DNA of 63,483 bases from Chiloscyllium plagiosum (Eukaryota): assembly GCF_004010195.1 (NCBI RefSeq), contig NC_057720.1:2503002-2566484 (forward strand). Reading direction: 5' to 3'. Shown here piece after piece: positions 23,686 through 34,900 of this stretch (within the stretch, counting starts at the first letter, position 1; each line of letters starts with the position of its first letter). The notes beneath the pieces are model-generated. The model had not been told where the DNA came from and did not search any database. It saw only the letters and a program-made list of their open reading frames with translations. The translations under genes and the position numbers were made by a program.

Positions 23686-24816
23686 TGGTCTTTTGATTTT
23701 GCAAATAATAATTTGTTGCAAACTCCCCCCAGGCTCCCCACCAAGTGATTAGAAATGAAGTACTAACTATCAGTTAGAACAGCAGCTTCCCTTATTTTGG
23801 GAACTTTGCAGGAGTTAAATCTTACCCTTCATTACATCTACTTGTAACTCCCTATTTATATAAAGAAAATCTTTATTTTCTTTTTTTTTGTCAAATGTTC
23901 ATGTTTTCCTTTCTTGTTGTAAGTCTCTTTCTTCTCTTTGGAATTCCAGTTTGAGTTTTCAAATTGTCCAATATGTTAAGATCTCCTATCCTAAAACTCT
24001 TAGTCAAGTAACTAAAATCACTATTTTCTTGGCAAGGCTGCTTCCAAACTGTAAACATGAACAGCTCCATATTAGTTAACATACCTTCGACAGGATTGCA
24101 GTCCTAAAACGGGATTTAAACTCTCAAAGTCAAAGGTCAGATGACTACACAGTGAACCACAGCCAGTACTCTTTACAATCTTGCCATTAGCCTAACTCCC
24201 TACTTTTAATGATTTGTGCATCTTGTACGGCCTAATGCATTTGTTCCACTGACCAAGCAAATTGGGACCTGTTTAAATGTGTGGATTATCACACCTGAAT
24301 TGATTTATCACTTCACTTCTGTCAACTATCAGGATTTTCTTTTCTCATGGCAATTTGTTTTTGGAATTTAAACAAAGCCCAGTCCTTCACAGCTGATAAC
24401 AACTACAGTTAATCTCAGTCCAAGAACAAATGTTGAGGATTTTGACAGAGCAAATGCTAAACCTCCCAGTGAAGTAAATCTGGGTTTTATTGGGGAATAG
24501 GCGATACAGTTGGTTTGTTCTGCAGTGTAACTTCATTCCCATACCCTGAGGTAGGGAAATGTTTGTGCAGGAATTCCCAAGGCCTTGCTTGCCTTTTTCT
24601 CCAGATAGTTGTGTACGACAGAGTTCCCAGAGATTCAGCTAAGCCTCCATTAGTCCTGGGGTGGGGAGATGCAATGGTCTCCTGGTATTACTGCTAATCT
24701 AGATATGTGTCATATTACACCTAAACAGTTGATTAAAATAATTACTGTACAACCAGAGAATTAGCTGGAACTGGAAGTGGCCACTTAGCCTACTGTGCCT
24801 GTACTGGCATCTTCTG

Positions 24817-25224
24817 CCTCGGAACAGTTTAACCCCAGGGCATCAATGGGGACTTCACCAGTTTCCTCATCTCCCCTCCCCCCACCTTACCTCAGTTCCA
24901 ACCTTCCAACTCAGCCCTGTCCTCATGACCTGTCCTACCTGCCAATCTCCCTTCCCACCTATCCACTCCATCCTCCTCTCTGACTTATCACCTCCATCCC
25001 CACCCCCATTCACCTAGTGTACTCTTTGCTACCTTGTCCCCAGCACCCCCCCCCCTCCATTTATGTCTCCACCCTGGAGGCTCCCTGCTTGTATTCCTGA
25101 TGAAAGGCTTTTGCCCAAAGCGTCGATTTTCCTGCTCCTCAGATGCTGCCTGACTTGCTGTGCTTTTCCAGCACCACTCTGATCTAAACTCTGGTTTCCA
25201 GCATCTGCAGTCTTCACTTTTGCC
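24817..25224 (+). mobile_element. PLE family A 3' end (GIY-YIG tail plus pseudo-LTR)
   Basis: ctcggaacagtttaaccccaggggcatcaatggggacttcaccagtttc (LGT..PxGINxDFTSF-like), C-rich UTR, degenerate hammerhead at 25097. Confidence 0.8.
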
Positions 25225-25861
25225 ATCTTGACAAGTTATCCAATTTTTGCCAGTGCTGTATACACTTTTCTGAAATATTGATCCATTTATCATTGAACCT
25301 GCTTCCACCACCCCATTGGCAGCACGTTCCAGATCACAATAACTCCCCCGTGTAAAAAAAAACATGTCTCCCCTTTTACACTTTCCTTCAATCTGGGCCT
25401 TTCTGGTCACTGACCCTCCTCCCCCTGGAGATTTGCCGGAGGCAGGTTCAATTGAGGCATTCAAGAGGGTTATTGGATGGTTATTTACACAGAAACAGTG
25501 GGCAGGGATAGAGGGAAAAGGCAGGAGGTTGGGTCTAGGGAATAGAATCAGTACAGGGGTGGCAATATTAAATAAAATAATTTGCACAATAGTGTTTTCA
25601 CTAAGCCCCTGTATTTACACACACACAATGCACCCCACAGTAATGTGGAGGTAACCAAAAACAAATAGAATCAGTGCAGGGACAATGGGCTGAATGGTCT
25701 CTTTCTGCACTGTGACAGTTTGTAATTGATCTGCTTGTGGTGCAGTAGTGGAGTCTCTTCCCCCGGGCAGGGAGACCTGGGTTCAAATCCCTCCTGCTTC
25801 AAATGTATGTCCTATCATTTCTGAACAGGTTAAATAAAAAGACAACAATTCTGTGCCACTA

Positions 25862-27150
25862 GAATGTATCAGGCAGGTACATGTGACTCAGCCAACGTTG
25901 TCTATCTCAAATGCTACAGACAAGGATGCCCTGAGGCATGGTACCTTGGCGAGACCAAGTAGATGCTATGACAACGGATGAAAGGACACTGCACAATAAT
26001 CACCAGACAGGAGTGTTCCCTCCCAGTCAGGGACATTTGGCCTCGGACCTTCGGGTGACCGTCCTCCAAGGTGGACTTCGGATACGCAACAACGCAAAGT
26101 GGCCGAGCAGAGGCTGATAGTCAAGTTCAGTACCCATGGGGATGGCCTCAACCAGGACCTTGGGTTCATGTCACACTACAGGTGACCCCGCTACACCAAA
26201 CACACACACACACACACTCATGCAGACTCTCTCTCAGACACACGCTCTCTCTCATACACACACACATACACCCACGTACACACTCTCTCACAAGCTTATA
26301 TTCCATCACATTCACACACACACTCTACCAAGCATGCATGCATACACACACTGGAGGAGAAAGTGAGGTCTGCAGATGCTGGAGATCAAAGTTGAAACTT
26401 TATTGCTGGAACAGCACAGCAGGTCAGGCAGCATCCAGGGAACAGGAGATTCGACGTTTCGGGCACAGGCCCTTCTTCAGGAATTCCTGAAGAAGGGCCT
26501 GTGCCCGAAACGTCGAATCTCCTGTTCCCTGGATGCTGCCTGACCTGCTGTGCTGTTCCAGCAATAAAGTTTCAACTGCATACACACACTCTCTCACTTG
26601 CACTCACATGCACACACACTCTCTCACTTGCACTCACATGCACACACACTCTCTCTCATGCATGCAAGAACATGTAAGTCTATGGGGATGAAGTTGCATT
26701 TGCAGAAACATTCTATTTTTGCTCACAAAGCACACAACCTGCAGGCAGTCAATCCATGTAACATTTTATAAATTCCTACTTTGGAAATAGAACCAGTCTG
26801 ACTCAAGATTGGGATACAGACAGACTCTAACCTCACCTTTAATACATTGTCTGAGCTGAGATGTCACCTTTTTTTATAAAATTGTAATTTATCTTGAGAA
26901 AGTGACTTATAAGAAGTTCTGAAATTTACACATTAATGAACGGAAACCTGCAACCCATTCTAAAAGATGAAAGACTTAACAGCAATCTCGGTTTGTTCAA
27001 TCAGCTGTATGACGCTGTAATATTTTGCTGTAAATTTCGTGTCTAATGATGCTGCTCCACAGCCCCCTGATGAAGGAGTAGCGCTCTGAAAGCTAGTGCT
27101 TCCAAATAAACCTGTTGGACTATAACCTGGTGTTGGGTGATTTTTAACCT
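25862..27150 (+). mobile_element. PLE family B 3' end with decayed GIY-YIG endonuclease
   Basis: CDSANVVYLKCYRQGCPEAWYLGETK*ML*QRMKGH ... AEQRLIVKFSTHGDGLNQDLGFMSHYR*; hammerhead core at 27067; 10-bp TSD tgtgccacta at 25852-25861 and 27151-27160. Confidence 0.9.
26353..26577. mobile_element. PLE family A fold-back insertion with a perfect 188-bp palindrome and a hammerhead on each strand
   Basis: 26390-26483 is the exact reverse complement of 26484-26577; TSD gcatacacacact at 26340-26352 and 26578-26590. Confidence 0.95.
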
Positions 27151-27194
27151 TGTGCCACTAAAAACACATTCTCCTGAATAACTCTAGCAGAGGA

Positions 27195-27360
27195 AAAGCC
27201 GAAAGGAACCGTGGATGCTGTAAATCAGAAACTGCTAGAAAAGTTCAGCAGGTCTGATAGCATCTCCTTCAGGAAGGGTCACTGGACCCGAATCGTTAAC
27301 TTTGATTTCTTTCCACAGATGATGCGGGACCTGTTGAGTTTATCCAGCAATGTCTTTGTT
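27195..27360. mobile_element. PLE family C fold-back fragment
   Basis: Minus arm ggatgctgtaaatcagaaactgctagaaaagttcagcaggtctg; plus arm ggaagggtcactggacccgaatcgttaac. Confidence 0.7.
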
Positions 27361-27419
27361 ACTCCAGCAAAGCCCTTCCAGATTTTTTAAAAATCCCAAT
27401 TAAACCCTCGCTTCATTTT

Positions 27420-28980
27420 ATTTCTCCCCAGCCCACCAGCCGGCCCCCGACCCGCTGTGAATGGGACTGACCCAGTGGGGAGACTTCTTGTGTCTGCACT
27501 GCCTGTTGATAATCACCTTCTCTTTGTGTTAGCCCGGGACCCTGGTGTGTCTGTGTCTTCATTGACTGCAATTCTGCCATTCAGTAGATAAGCGCTGGGG
27601 CTGTGATGTCAGTCGGTGGTTGATGAAATTTAACACCGTCCCCTCTGTCTGTACCCACCCCCTCCTCCCGATTACAGAAGCGGCTGATGCCTGGAGGAGG
27701 GGGAGCGGGTGTAGGAGGAGGTTAATACTGCACTAGGGAGCAAGAGCATGTGCGGGGAGGGCTCCTGACACCCACGTTAGCAATGAGCCAGCAACTCTGC
27801 TGTGTAGGACAGAACTCGAGTCAGGTCTGACAGAGAGAAGGAGAACTGTGTGTGTCAGAGAGAGAGAGAGAGATTCCTGGCTCCCCCCCCTCACGGTTGG
27901 ACATCATGCAGACGGTGTAGCAGGTCTGAGGGAATTCGGGGGTCACTCGGGTCGACTTTGCAAACTGCAGATGAATCAGCGCCGCTGTCGAGTTCTGTTT
28001 TCGCTTCGGATTACGCTGCCGGGACAAATGCATACAAATGCATTTAGGAGCCCAAAGGACACGCCGTGGATTCATCTCTGCCGCCGGCAAACCGTAAGTA
28101 AAGTCTGAACTGGTGTAGCCAAGTGGGAGCCGGAGCGGTGTAAGTGAGACCCAGGATTGAAACTTGTTCCTGCACAGTCTCTCAGCAAAGACTTCCGTTT
28201 CCTTTCGTTTTAAAGAGCTCCGGGTTGTCTCACTGGGGGGATAGGTAGCAAGGTGCTTATGGGCCGAGTTCCAGCTGCTGGAAGGGCATCTGACCTGTAG
28301 GTTTTGGGAGGGCGGGATGGTGTGGGATGTGGAGCCAAACTTCTGTAAATTGGAGAGAGGGAGGGAAGAAGAGCTGGAGACTGGCATTAGCAGGGCAGAG
28401 GGGATAGTAGGAACCCGCCTGGCCGAACAGCCTGCCCTGTAAAGCACTAGAGCAGGCTCGGGACAGGCACTGGACATCAGACACGTTAGGGTGAGTGGAC
28501 CATGGCAGTTTGAAGAGCAGTCTGAGGGGCAGGGTAAATGCCTAGGGATGAATTCCCCCAACAGGGAGAGGCGGCTGCGGGATTTGAAACATTGATCCCA
28601 GCCGGAGCTTTCACAATCCAACACGGACCGCTGTCGTTTCCAATGCAGAGAGAGAGAGAGAGAGAGAGTTTGGTGTTTGTTTGTAATGGTTGCACCTAAT
28701 TACAGCGCAGCTCAGGTCTGTAAACCCAGGCAATGCCTGTACTTGCCAGATCCTCCCTCCACCCCCTTCCCCCTCCGCGCGGGGGGTGGGAAAGGGCCAA
28801 TCCCTTCCCGGATTTGGGAATTTCTTGCCAGCTGTTGCCCTCAAGGTGCACAGCAGGATTGCCCCCCGGGAGTTTTTCTACCTTGCCCTTTCTTTCCCCT
28901 TTAGGAGGGGGTGGGGGACTATCTAAAGGCAGCCGCCGGTAATCGGCAGGATCTTGTTGTTAGATCCGGGCAGATGTTCC
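27420..28980 (+). promoter_or_regulatory. CpG-enriched promoter / first-exon region of an unidentified gene
   Basis: Transposon-free and visibly enriched in GC and CpG relative to the rest of the window; GC/GA boxes and (GA)n tracts. Confidence 0.65.
27790..28093 (+). other. Probable first exon (5' UTR or short coding start); start coordinate approximate
   Basis: Consensus donor ACC|GTAAGT at 28094 (alternative GGT|GTAAGT at 28140) inside the CpG-rich region. Confidence 0.5.
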
Positions 28981-29104
28981 AGCTGCTGAGCTCCGGTGAT
29001 GCTGCAGTAGATCCCATCAGACAGTGTGCTCTGAACGGGCAGCAGTGAGGGGGTGGGTTAGGGGCAGTCAGTGCTCACTGGGAGACCAGGTCCCGGCACA
29101 TCGA

Positions 29105-29224
29105 CTCACAGAGATGGACAGCACGGAAACTGACCCTTCGGTCCAACCCGTCCATGCCGACCAGATATCCCAACCCAATCTAGTCCCATCTGCCAGCATG
29201 TGGCTCATATCCCTCTAAACCCTT
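29105..29224 (-). mobile_element. HER1/CR1 3' tail
   Basis: gagatggacagcacggaaactgacccttcggtccaacccgtccatgccgaccagatatcccaacccaatctagtccc. Confidence 0.8.
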
Positions 29225-29308
29225 CCTGATGAAGGGGCATGGCTCCGAAAGCTAGTGCTTCCAAATAAACCTGTTGGACTATAACCTGGTGTTGTGTAAT
29301 TTTTAACT
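29225..29308 (+). mobile_element. PLE family B short insertion starting at the hammerhead
   Basis: c-ctgatga-a-gggg-catgg-ctcc-gaaa-gcta-gtg...aataaacctgttggactataacctgg. Confidence 0.85.
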
Positions 29309-29369
29309 CCCTAGTCAGGGTTTAGATGGGCCGAATCGCCTCCTTATGCAGTAAACTAATTCTGACAGC

Positions 29370-29590
29370 TTGTGTAGTGAGTGAGACACTGATAGTGTGT
29401 GTCTGACTCTGAGACACTGTATGTCTGTCAAAATGAGTGAGTGTGGGTATGTGTGAGTGGAGTTCTGTGTGTACGTGTGTGATGTACAGAGTGTGCGAGT
29501 GTGTTTGTATGTGTGCCTTCAATGTGTGTGTGAATCAGTAGACGGTGGCAGTGTGTTAGCATCGGTGTGTGAGTGAATGAATGTGTGTAC
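29370..29590. repeat. Degenerate (TG)n-rich tract
   Basis: Interrupted tgtgtg/gagtga runs. Confidence 0.7.
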
Positions 29591-30206
29591 ACCAATTCAT
29601 AAAATCACACAGAGACCATTCGGCCCACTGTATCTGTACCCTCCCTTCTGCTCTTCGCTCGAGCTGTGCAATTTTCTGTTTCCAGTTTTTGAAAATGAAA
29701 TGTGTTCCCACAGGCAATGCATTGCTGTTCACGCCTGTCAGCAATACCTTTACGTGTGTCTGTTAAATATTGAGATGCCTCTTATTGTTTATCGGTGATG
29801 GATTGCTGTTGTAAATCAGAAACCTGGAAGCCACACTCCCTACACTCGTGTTGGTCATGAAATGACTTTTTTTTTTAACTCTTTAAACTACTCTCACCTT
29901 CAACTTGCTGGTCTGAGAAATTATTCCCAAGTGACATACCTCGTTAAATTGACACATGGTTAGAATCAAAACGACTTCTGAAAATGCTGCTGCAGCCCCT
30001 GAAGGGTTAAGGAAGAAGGCTTCACTATTGACATTCACCAGCAGCGATTCCGACATAAATCAGAACACTTCGACAGCTTAGGGAATCCATGAATGAGAGT
30101 GAGGTAGCCCTGACTCGCCTCCTTCATGCCATTGACTTATCCATTCACTATCTGCGGGATTAATGGGGAGAGATTCCCGGGCTCGGTGGCCATTTCCAGT
30201 TTAAGA

Positions 30207-30230
30207 AAGTTAAAAATCACACAACACCAG
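30207..30230 (-). mobile_element. 24-bp PLE family B micro-insertion
   Basis: aagttaaaaatcacacaacaccag matches the family B terminus; TSD gtttaaga at 30199-30206 and 30231-30238. Confidence 0.7.
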
Positions 30231-30999
30231 GTTTAAGACAGGCAGTGTTTGTGTGTGTAAGCCGCTAATAGGATGGAGAGTGGGGGTCCGCTGATGTTCT
30301 CGATACTTGGGGTGAGTTAGGCCCAGTCTTCAGGTCTCTGTGTCCCTCTCGTTAAATCGGATCAGGGGTGTATGCCCCCAAGCCAACATCAAAACGCAGC
30401 TCCGGTGTTAACGTTTAAAACTGCTGGTGTATTATCCTCATCACAGGATGGCCGTGTTTATTCCGCTGATCTTAATCACCAACTCTCTCTACTTTTACTG
30501 AAACTGATGTGTTTGGTCTCTTATTATTGTTAGTAAACATAGCCATGTGTCATTACTGCACAACCGCGGAAAATTCGATGTTCTAGTTTCAAAGAGGTCT
30601 GGATTTTGCCAATATTAAACACACGGTATTTCCAGGGTATGTAAATCAGCAAGTTGTGTATTTGAAAACCAGAAATCCGCATCTCCTGCAGCTGAAAACA
30701 CGCCATTGTAAAAGCTAAAGTTCTCAGATGCTGGAAATCTGAAATAAAAAAGAGAACATGGTGAGGAAACTCAACAGATCTGGCGGCACCAATGATTATT
30801 TGTCTGCCTTTTTTTCTGGTGATGCGTTTCTCCCAGACGATTGGAAAACCGCCATTATCACACCTAAGACAAGGAGACAACAAACCGGAAACTGTAGACC
30901 AGTTAGCTCAACGTCTGCTACTGGGAACTTTAAAGTCTGTAATAGCAGAGCATTTAGAAATGCAAAATATGACTAAGCAGAGTCAGCATGGTTTCATGA

Positions 31000-31214
31000 T
31001 GTGGAGGTGCCAGTGTTCGATTGAGGTGGACAAAGTCAGAAGATACACCACACCAGGTTAGAGTCCCACAGGTTTATTTGAAATCACAAGCTTTTGGAGC
31101 GCTGCTCCTTTGTCAGGTCCTTCACCTGATGAGGGGCTACGCACCGAAAGCTTGTGATTTAAAATAAACCTGTTGGATTGTAACCTGGTGTCATGTGACT
31201 TCTGACCTTGCACA
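31000..31214. mobile_element. PLE family B fold-back insertion
   Basis: Inverted arms meeting near 31120; plus-strand hammerhead 31122-31157; TSD gtttcatga at 30991-30999 and 31215-31223. Confidence 0.88.
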
Positions 31215-31626
31215 GTTTCATGAGGGGGATATGTGTTTGACAAATTTGGTGAAGTTCGTTAATGAGGTAACAAGCAGGCGAGAGAAACTGGATGCAGTGG
31301 ATGTAATATATTTGGATTTTCAGAAGATATTTAACAAGGTGTCATACATAAGGCAACTTAATCAGAGCTTGTTGTGTTGGGAATAGTATAAAAGTGTGGA
31401 TGGAAGTATAGCTAATTAATAGAAGACAGAGAATGTGGATAAAGGGGCATTTTCAGGACAGTAATCTGTAACTAGTGAAGTGCCACAGGGATCAGTGCTG
31501 GGGCCATAATTATTTGCCATGTATACTGATGACTTGGATGAGGAAACTGAATGTACTATAATGTGAGGAAATTGAGGTTTTGCACTTTGGCAGGAAGAAT
31601 AGAGGAGCTGAATATTATTGAATTGG

Positions 31627-31765
31627 ATCAGAGTGGTGCTGGAAAAGCACAGCAGATCAGGCAGCTTCCAAGGAGCTCCTCGGATGCTGCCTGACCTGCT
31701 GTGCTTTTCCAGCACCACTCTGATCTAAACTTTGGTTACCAGCATCTGTAGTCCTCACTTTTGCC
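31627..31765. mobile_element. PLE family A fold-back insertion, no hammerhead
   Basis: Inverted arms around ggagctcc; TSD-like tattattgaattgga / tattaatgaattgga. Confidence 0.8.
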
Positions 31766-31876
31766 TATTAATGAATTGGAGAAAGACTGTAGAAAGCTGG
31801 AGCACAGAGGGAGTCGGGGGTCTTTAAAACACAAAAAGCTAGATCCATGTTCAGCAGGAAATGGGGAGGGCAAATG

Positions 31877-31975
31877 GTCTGAAGAAGGGTCAGTGGACTC
31901 AAAACGTTAACTCTGTTTCTCTCTCCACAGATGCTGCCAGACCTGCTGAGTTTCTCCCGCAATCTGTTTTGTTTG
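31877..31975 (+). mobile_element. PLE family C insertion
   Basis: tctgaagaagggtcagtggactcaaaacgttaac...; flanked by ggcaaatgg on both sides. Confidence 0.78.
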
Positions 31976-32177
31976 AGGCAAATGGAATGTTTTTTTTATT
32001 CAAAGGAAATCATAGAATCTCTACACTATGGAAGCAGGCCATTCAACCCATTGAGTCCACGTCATCCCTCCGAAGAGCATCCCAGACCCATTCCCTTACC
32101 TATCCCTGTAACTGTGCGTAATCCAAGGCTAATCCACCTAACCTGCACATCCCTGAACACTGGACTACAAACATAGG

Positions 32178-32343
32178 GAACCGACGTTTCGGGCATGAGC
32201 CCTTCTTCAGGAATGAGTCCTGAAAAAGGGCTCATGCCCGAAATGTCGATTCTCCTGCTCCTTGGATGCTGCCTGACCTGCTGTGTTTTTCCAGCAACAC
32301 ATTTTTAGCTCTGATCTGCAGCATCTGCAGTCCTCACTTTCTC
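32178..32343. mobile_element. PLE family A fold-back insertion
   Basis: cgacgtttcgggcatgagcccttcttcagga / tcctgaaaaagggctcatgcccgaaatgtcg; TSD ctacaaacatagg at 32165-32177 and 32344-32356. Confidence 0.9.
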
Positions 32344-33279
32344 CTACAAACATAGGAAAGTCTTGCTAAAAATATGCAAGGCACCAGTCAGACCACAGCT
32401 GAATATTATTGAATTGGAGAAAGACTGGAGAAAGCTGGGAATGATTTTGGATTTCTTATCCAAGAAGACATTTACTGACATTTGTAGGCAGTCCAGAGAA
32501 GTGTCAGTCAGCTGATCCTGGGTATGGTGGGACTGTCTTATCACAGGTTGAGTAGAATGGGCCTGTACTCATTGGAGTTTAGAAGACTGAGAGGAGACCA
32601 TATAGAAACATACAAGATTCTTCGGGGACTTGATAGGGTAGATGTGGAGAAGTTGATTTGTATTGTGGTAGCACCAGAAGGTATAACGTCAGAATAAGGG
32701 GTCATCCATTTAAGACTGAGATAAGGAGGAATTTCTTCTCAGAGGGTAATGAATCTCTGGAATTCTTTCCCACAGAGGGCTGTCCAGGCTAGCCATTAAA
32801 TATATTCAAGGCTGAGACAGACAGATATTTAATCACCAAGGGAATCGAGGGTAATACCAAAAAGGCAGGAAAGTGGAGTCCAGGGTTATCAGATCAGCCG
32901 TGATCTCATTGAATGACAGGCAGACTCATTGGGCTGAATGGACTGCTGCTGCTCCTTTGTCTTATGAGAAATAGAATTAAGGTTTTGTGTCTGATATGCT
33001 GCTCCTTCAGAACTCAATTCTTTTTATATTGTACCATAATATTATTTTGGGAGGATCCTGAAATCGAGCAGCCTGATTGGTCTAGAGGAGGGCTGTGTAA
33101 ACACTCTGCCTTTCTCGTTTTGATTAATCCTGTGAAGCATATTTCAAATATAAATTATGTTGGACAGAATCTGATAGACATTCACACAGCCTCCATTCAG
33201 TTACTTATTTTTTTCACATTTGTCAAACATTCTGCATTCAAACACCCACACCAAGGATTTGAACTTCCTAATTATAGGA

Positions 33280-33572
33280 TCATAGAATTCCTACAGTGCG
33301 GAAGCAGATCATTTGGCTCATCAAGTCCACACATACCCTCCAAAGAGCACCCCACCCAGACCCATCCCATCTCATCCCTGTAACCCATTTCCCCGAGCTA
33401 ATCTACTGAACCTGCACATCTTTGGACTGTGGAAAGAAACTGGACCACCTGGAGGAAACCCACGCAGACACAGGGAGAACATGCAAACTCCACACAGACA
33501 GTCGCCTGAGGGTGGGATCGAACCCAGGTCCCTAGAACTGTGAGGCAGTAATGCTAACCACTGAGCCACCAT
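33280..33572 (-). mobile_element. HE1 SINE
   Basis: HE1 head, V domain and tail in reverse. Confidence 0.87.
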
Positions 33573-33607
33573 GTAGGATGACAATCCCTGTGCTGTTCTG
33601 ATGCGGC

Positions 33608-33793
33608 AGGAGGAAATGAGGACTGCAGATGTTGGAGATCAGAATTGATAAGTGTGGTGCTGGAAAAGCACAGCCAGTCAGGCCGCATCTGAGGACCTGG
33701 AGAGTTGACGTTGTGAGCATAGGCTCTTCATCAGGAATGAGCTCTCCTGCTCCTCAGATGCTGCCTGACTGGCTGTGCTTTTCCAGCACCACA
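33608..33793. mobile_element. PLE family A fold-back insertion
   Basis: Minus arm reaches catcaggaatgag; plus arm starts ctctcctgctcc; degenerate TSD ctgttctgatgcgg / ctgttgtgatgagg. Confidence 0.8.
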
Positions 33794-33967
33794 CTGTTGT
33801 GATGAGGTGCGAATGTGTCAAATCTGCCAGTTTTTGGATGAGGCACTCAGTCAAGACCCCTTTTCCTTTCCCAGTCCCACATGGTCTCTCTATTTGAGGA
33901 AGAACAAAGTTTATTTGATGTTCCCAGTTGTTATTTATTGTTGAACCAGTGCCACTAAAGCACATAT

Positions 33968-34102
33968 GTGGAAGTCCCAGTGTTGGATTAGGGTGGATAA
34001 GGTCAGAAGTCACATGACACCTTCGACAAAGGAGCAGTGCTCCGAAAGCTTGTGATTTCAAAAAAACCTGTTGGACTGTAACCTGGTGTTGTATGATTTC
34101 TG
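33968..34102. mobile_element. PLE family B fold-back insertion
   Basis: gtcagaagtcacatgacacc / aaggagcagtgctccgaaagcttgtg; degenerate TSD actaaagcacatat / actaaatcacagat. Confidence 0.75.
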
Positions 34103-34259
34103 ACTAAATCACAGATTAACTGATAATTGTCACCTGGCTGTTGTTGGGATCTTGCAGTATATAGGTTGTAGGCCACATTACCCAATCTACATTTTCTCTA
34201 ATGCATTATGCAAAGTCCTGAGTTTGCAAAAGTGCATTTACATGTGTATACTTTTTAAA

Positions 34260-34900
34260 TTCAATCGTGATATGAGCGTCACTGGCTGGGCCCAGCATTT
34301 ATTGCCCGTCCCTAGTTGCCCCTTGAGAAGGTGGGGGTGAGCTGCCTTCTTGAACCGCTGCAGTCCATGTGTTGTAGGTAGACCTACAATGCATTAGGGA
34401 AAGAATTCCAGGATTTTGACTCAATGACAGTGAAGGAACAGCGATATATCTCCAAGTCAGGATGGTGAGCAGCTTGGCTGGGAACTTGGAGGGGTTGATG
34501 TTCCCATGTATCTGCTGTCCTTGTCCGTCTAGATGGAAGTGGTTATGGATTCGGAAGATGCTGTTATCCTTTGGTGAATTTCTGCAGCACATCTTGTCGA
34601 TATTTCACACTGCTGCAGTTGGTGGATGTTTTTGGATGTGGTACAATCAAACAGGCTGCTTTGTTCTGGATGGTGTCAAGCTTCTTGAGTGTTGTTGGAG
34701 CTGCACCCATCCAGGAAAGTGGGGAGTATTCCATCACACTCCTGGATTGTGCCTTGTAGATGGTGGACAGGCTTTGGGGAGCCAGGAGGTGAATTACTCG
34801 CCACAGTTTTTCTAGTCTCTGACCTGCTCTTGTAGCCACCGTGTTTATGTGGTGAGTCTAGTTGAGATTCTGATCAATGGTAACTCCCAGGATGTTAATA
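34260..34900 (-). mobile_element. CR1/L2-group LINE 3' end
   Basis: ORF 34564-34839 ATRAGQRL...LSTIYKAQSRSVMEYSPLSWMGAAPTTLKKLDTIQNKAACLI; same family as 5290-6670. Confidence 0.85.

Larger units (their letters stand above)
30800..32965 (+). mobile_element. Decayed CR1 RT region with several nested PLE/SINE insertions
   Basis: PDDWKTAII, GNCRPVS, SQHGFM, CLTNLVKF..VDVIYLDFQKIFNKV, SEVPQGSVLGP. Confidence 0.85.

Noticed and set aside
26353..26577. MITE or pre-miRNA interpretation of the hairpin insertions
   Set aside because: Arms are variable-length PLE termini that also occur singly and attached to GIY-YIG-coding tails; TSD lengths vary
27821..28624. 267-aa minus-strand ORF
   Set aside because: No recognisable domain; long frames are expected in GC-rich promoter DNA; splice signals favour the + strand
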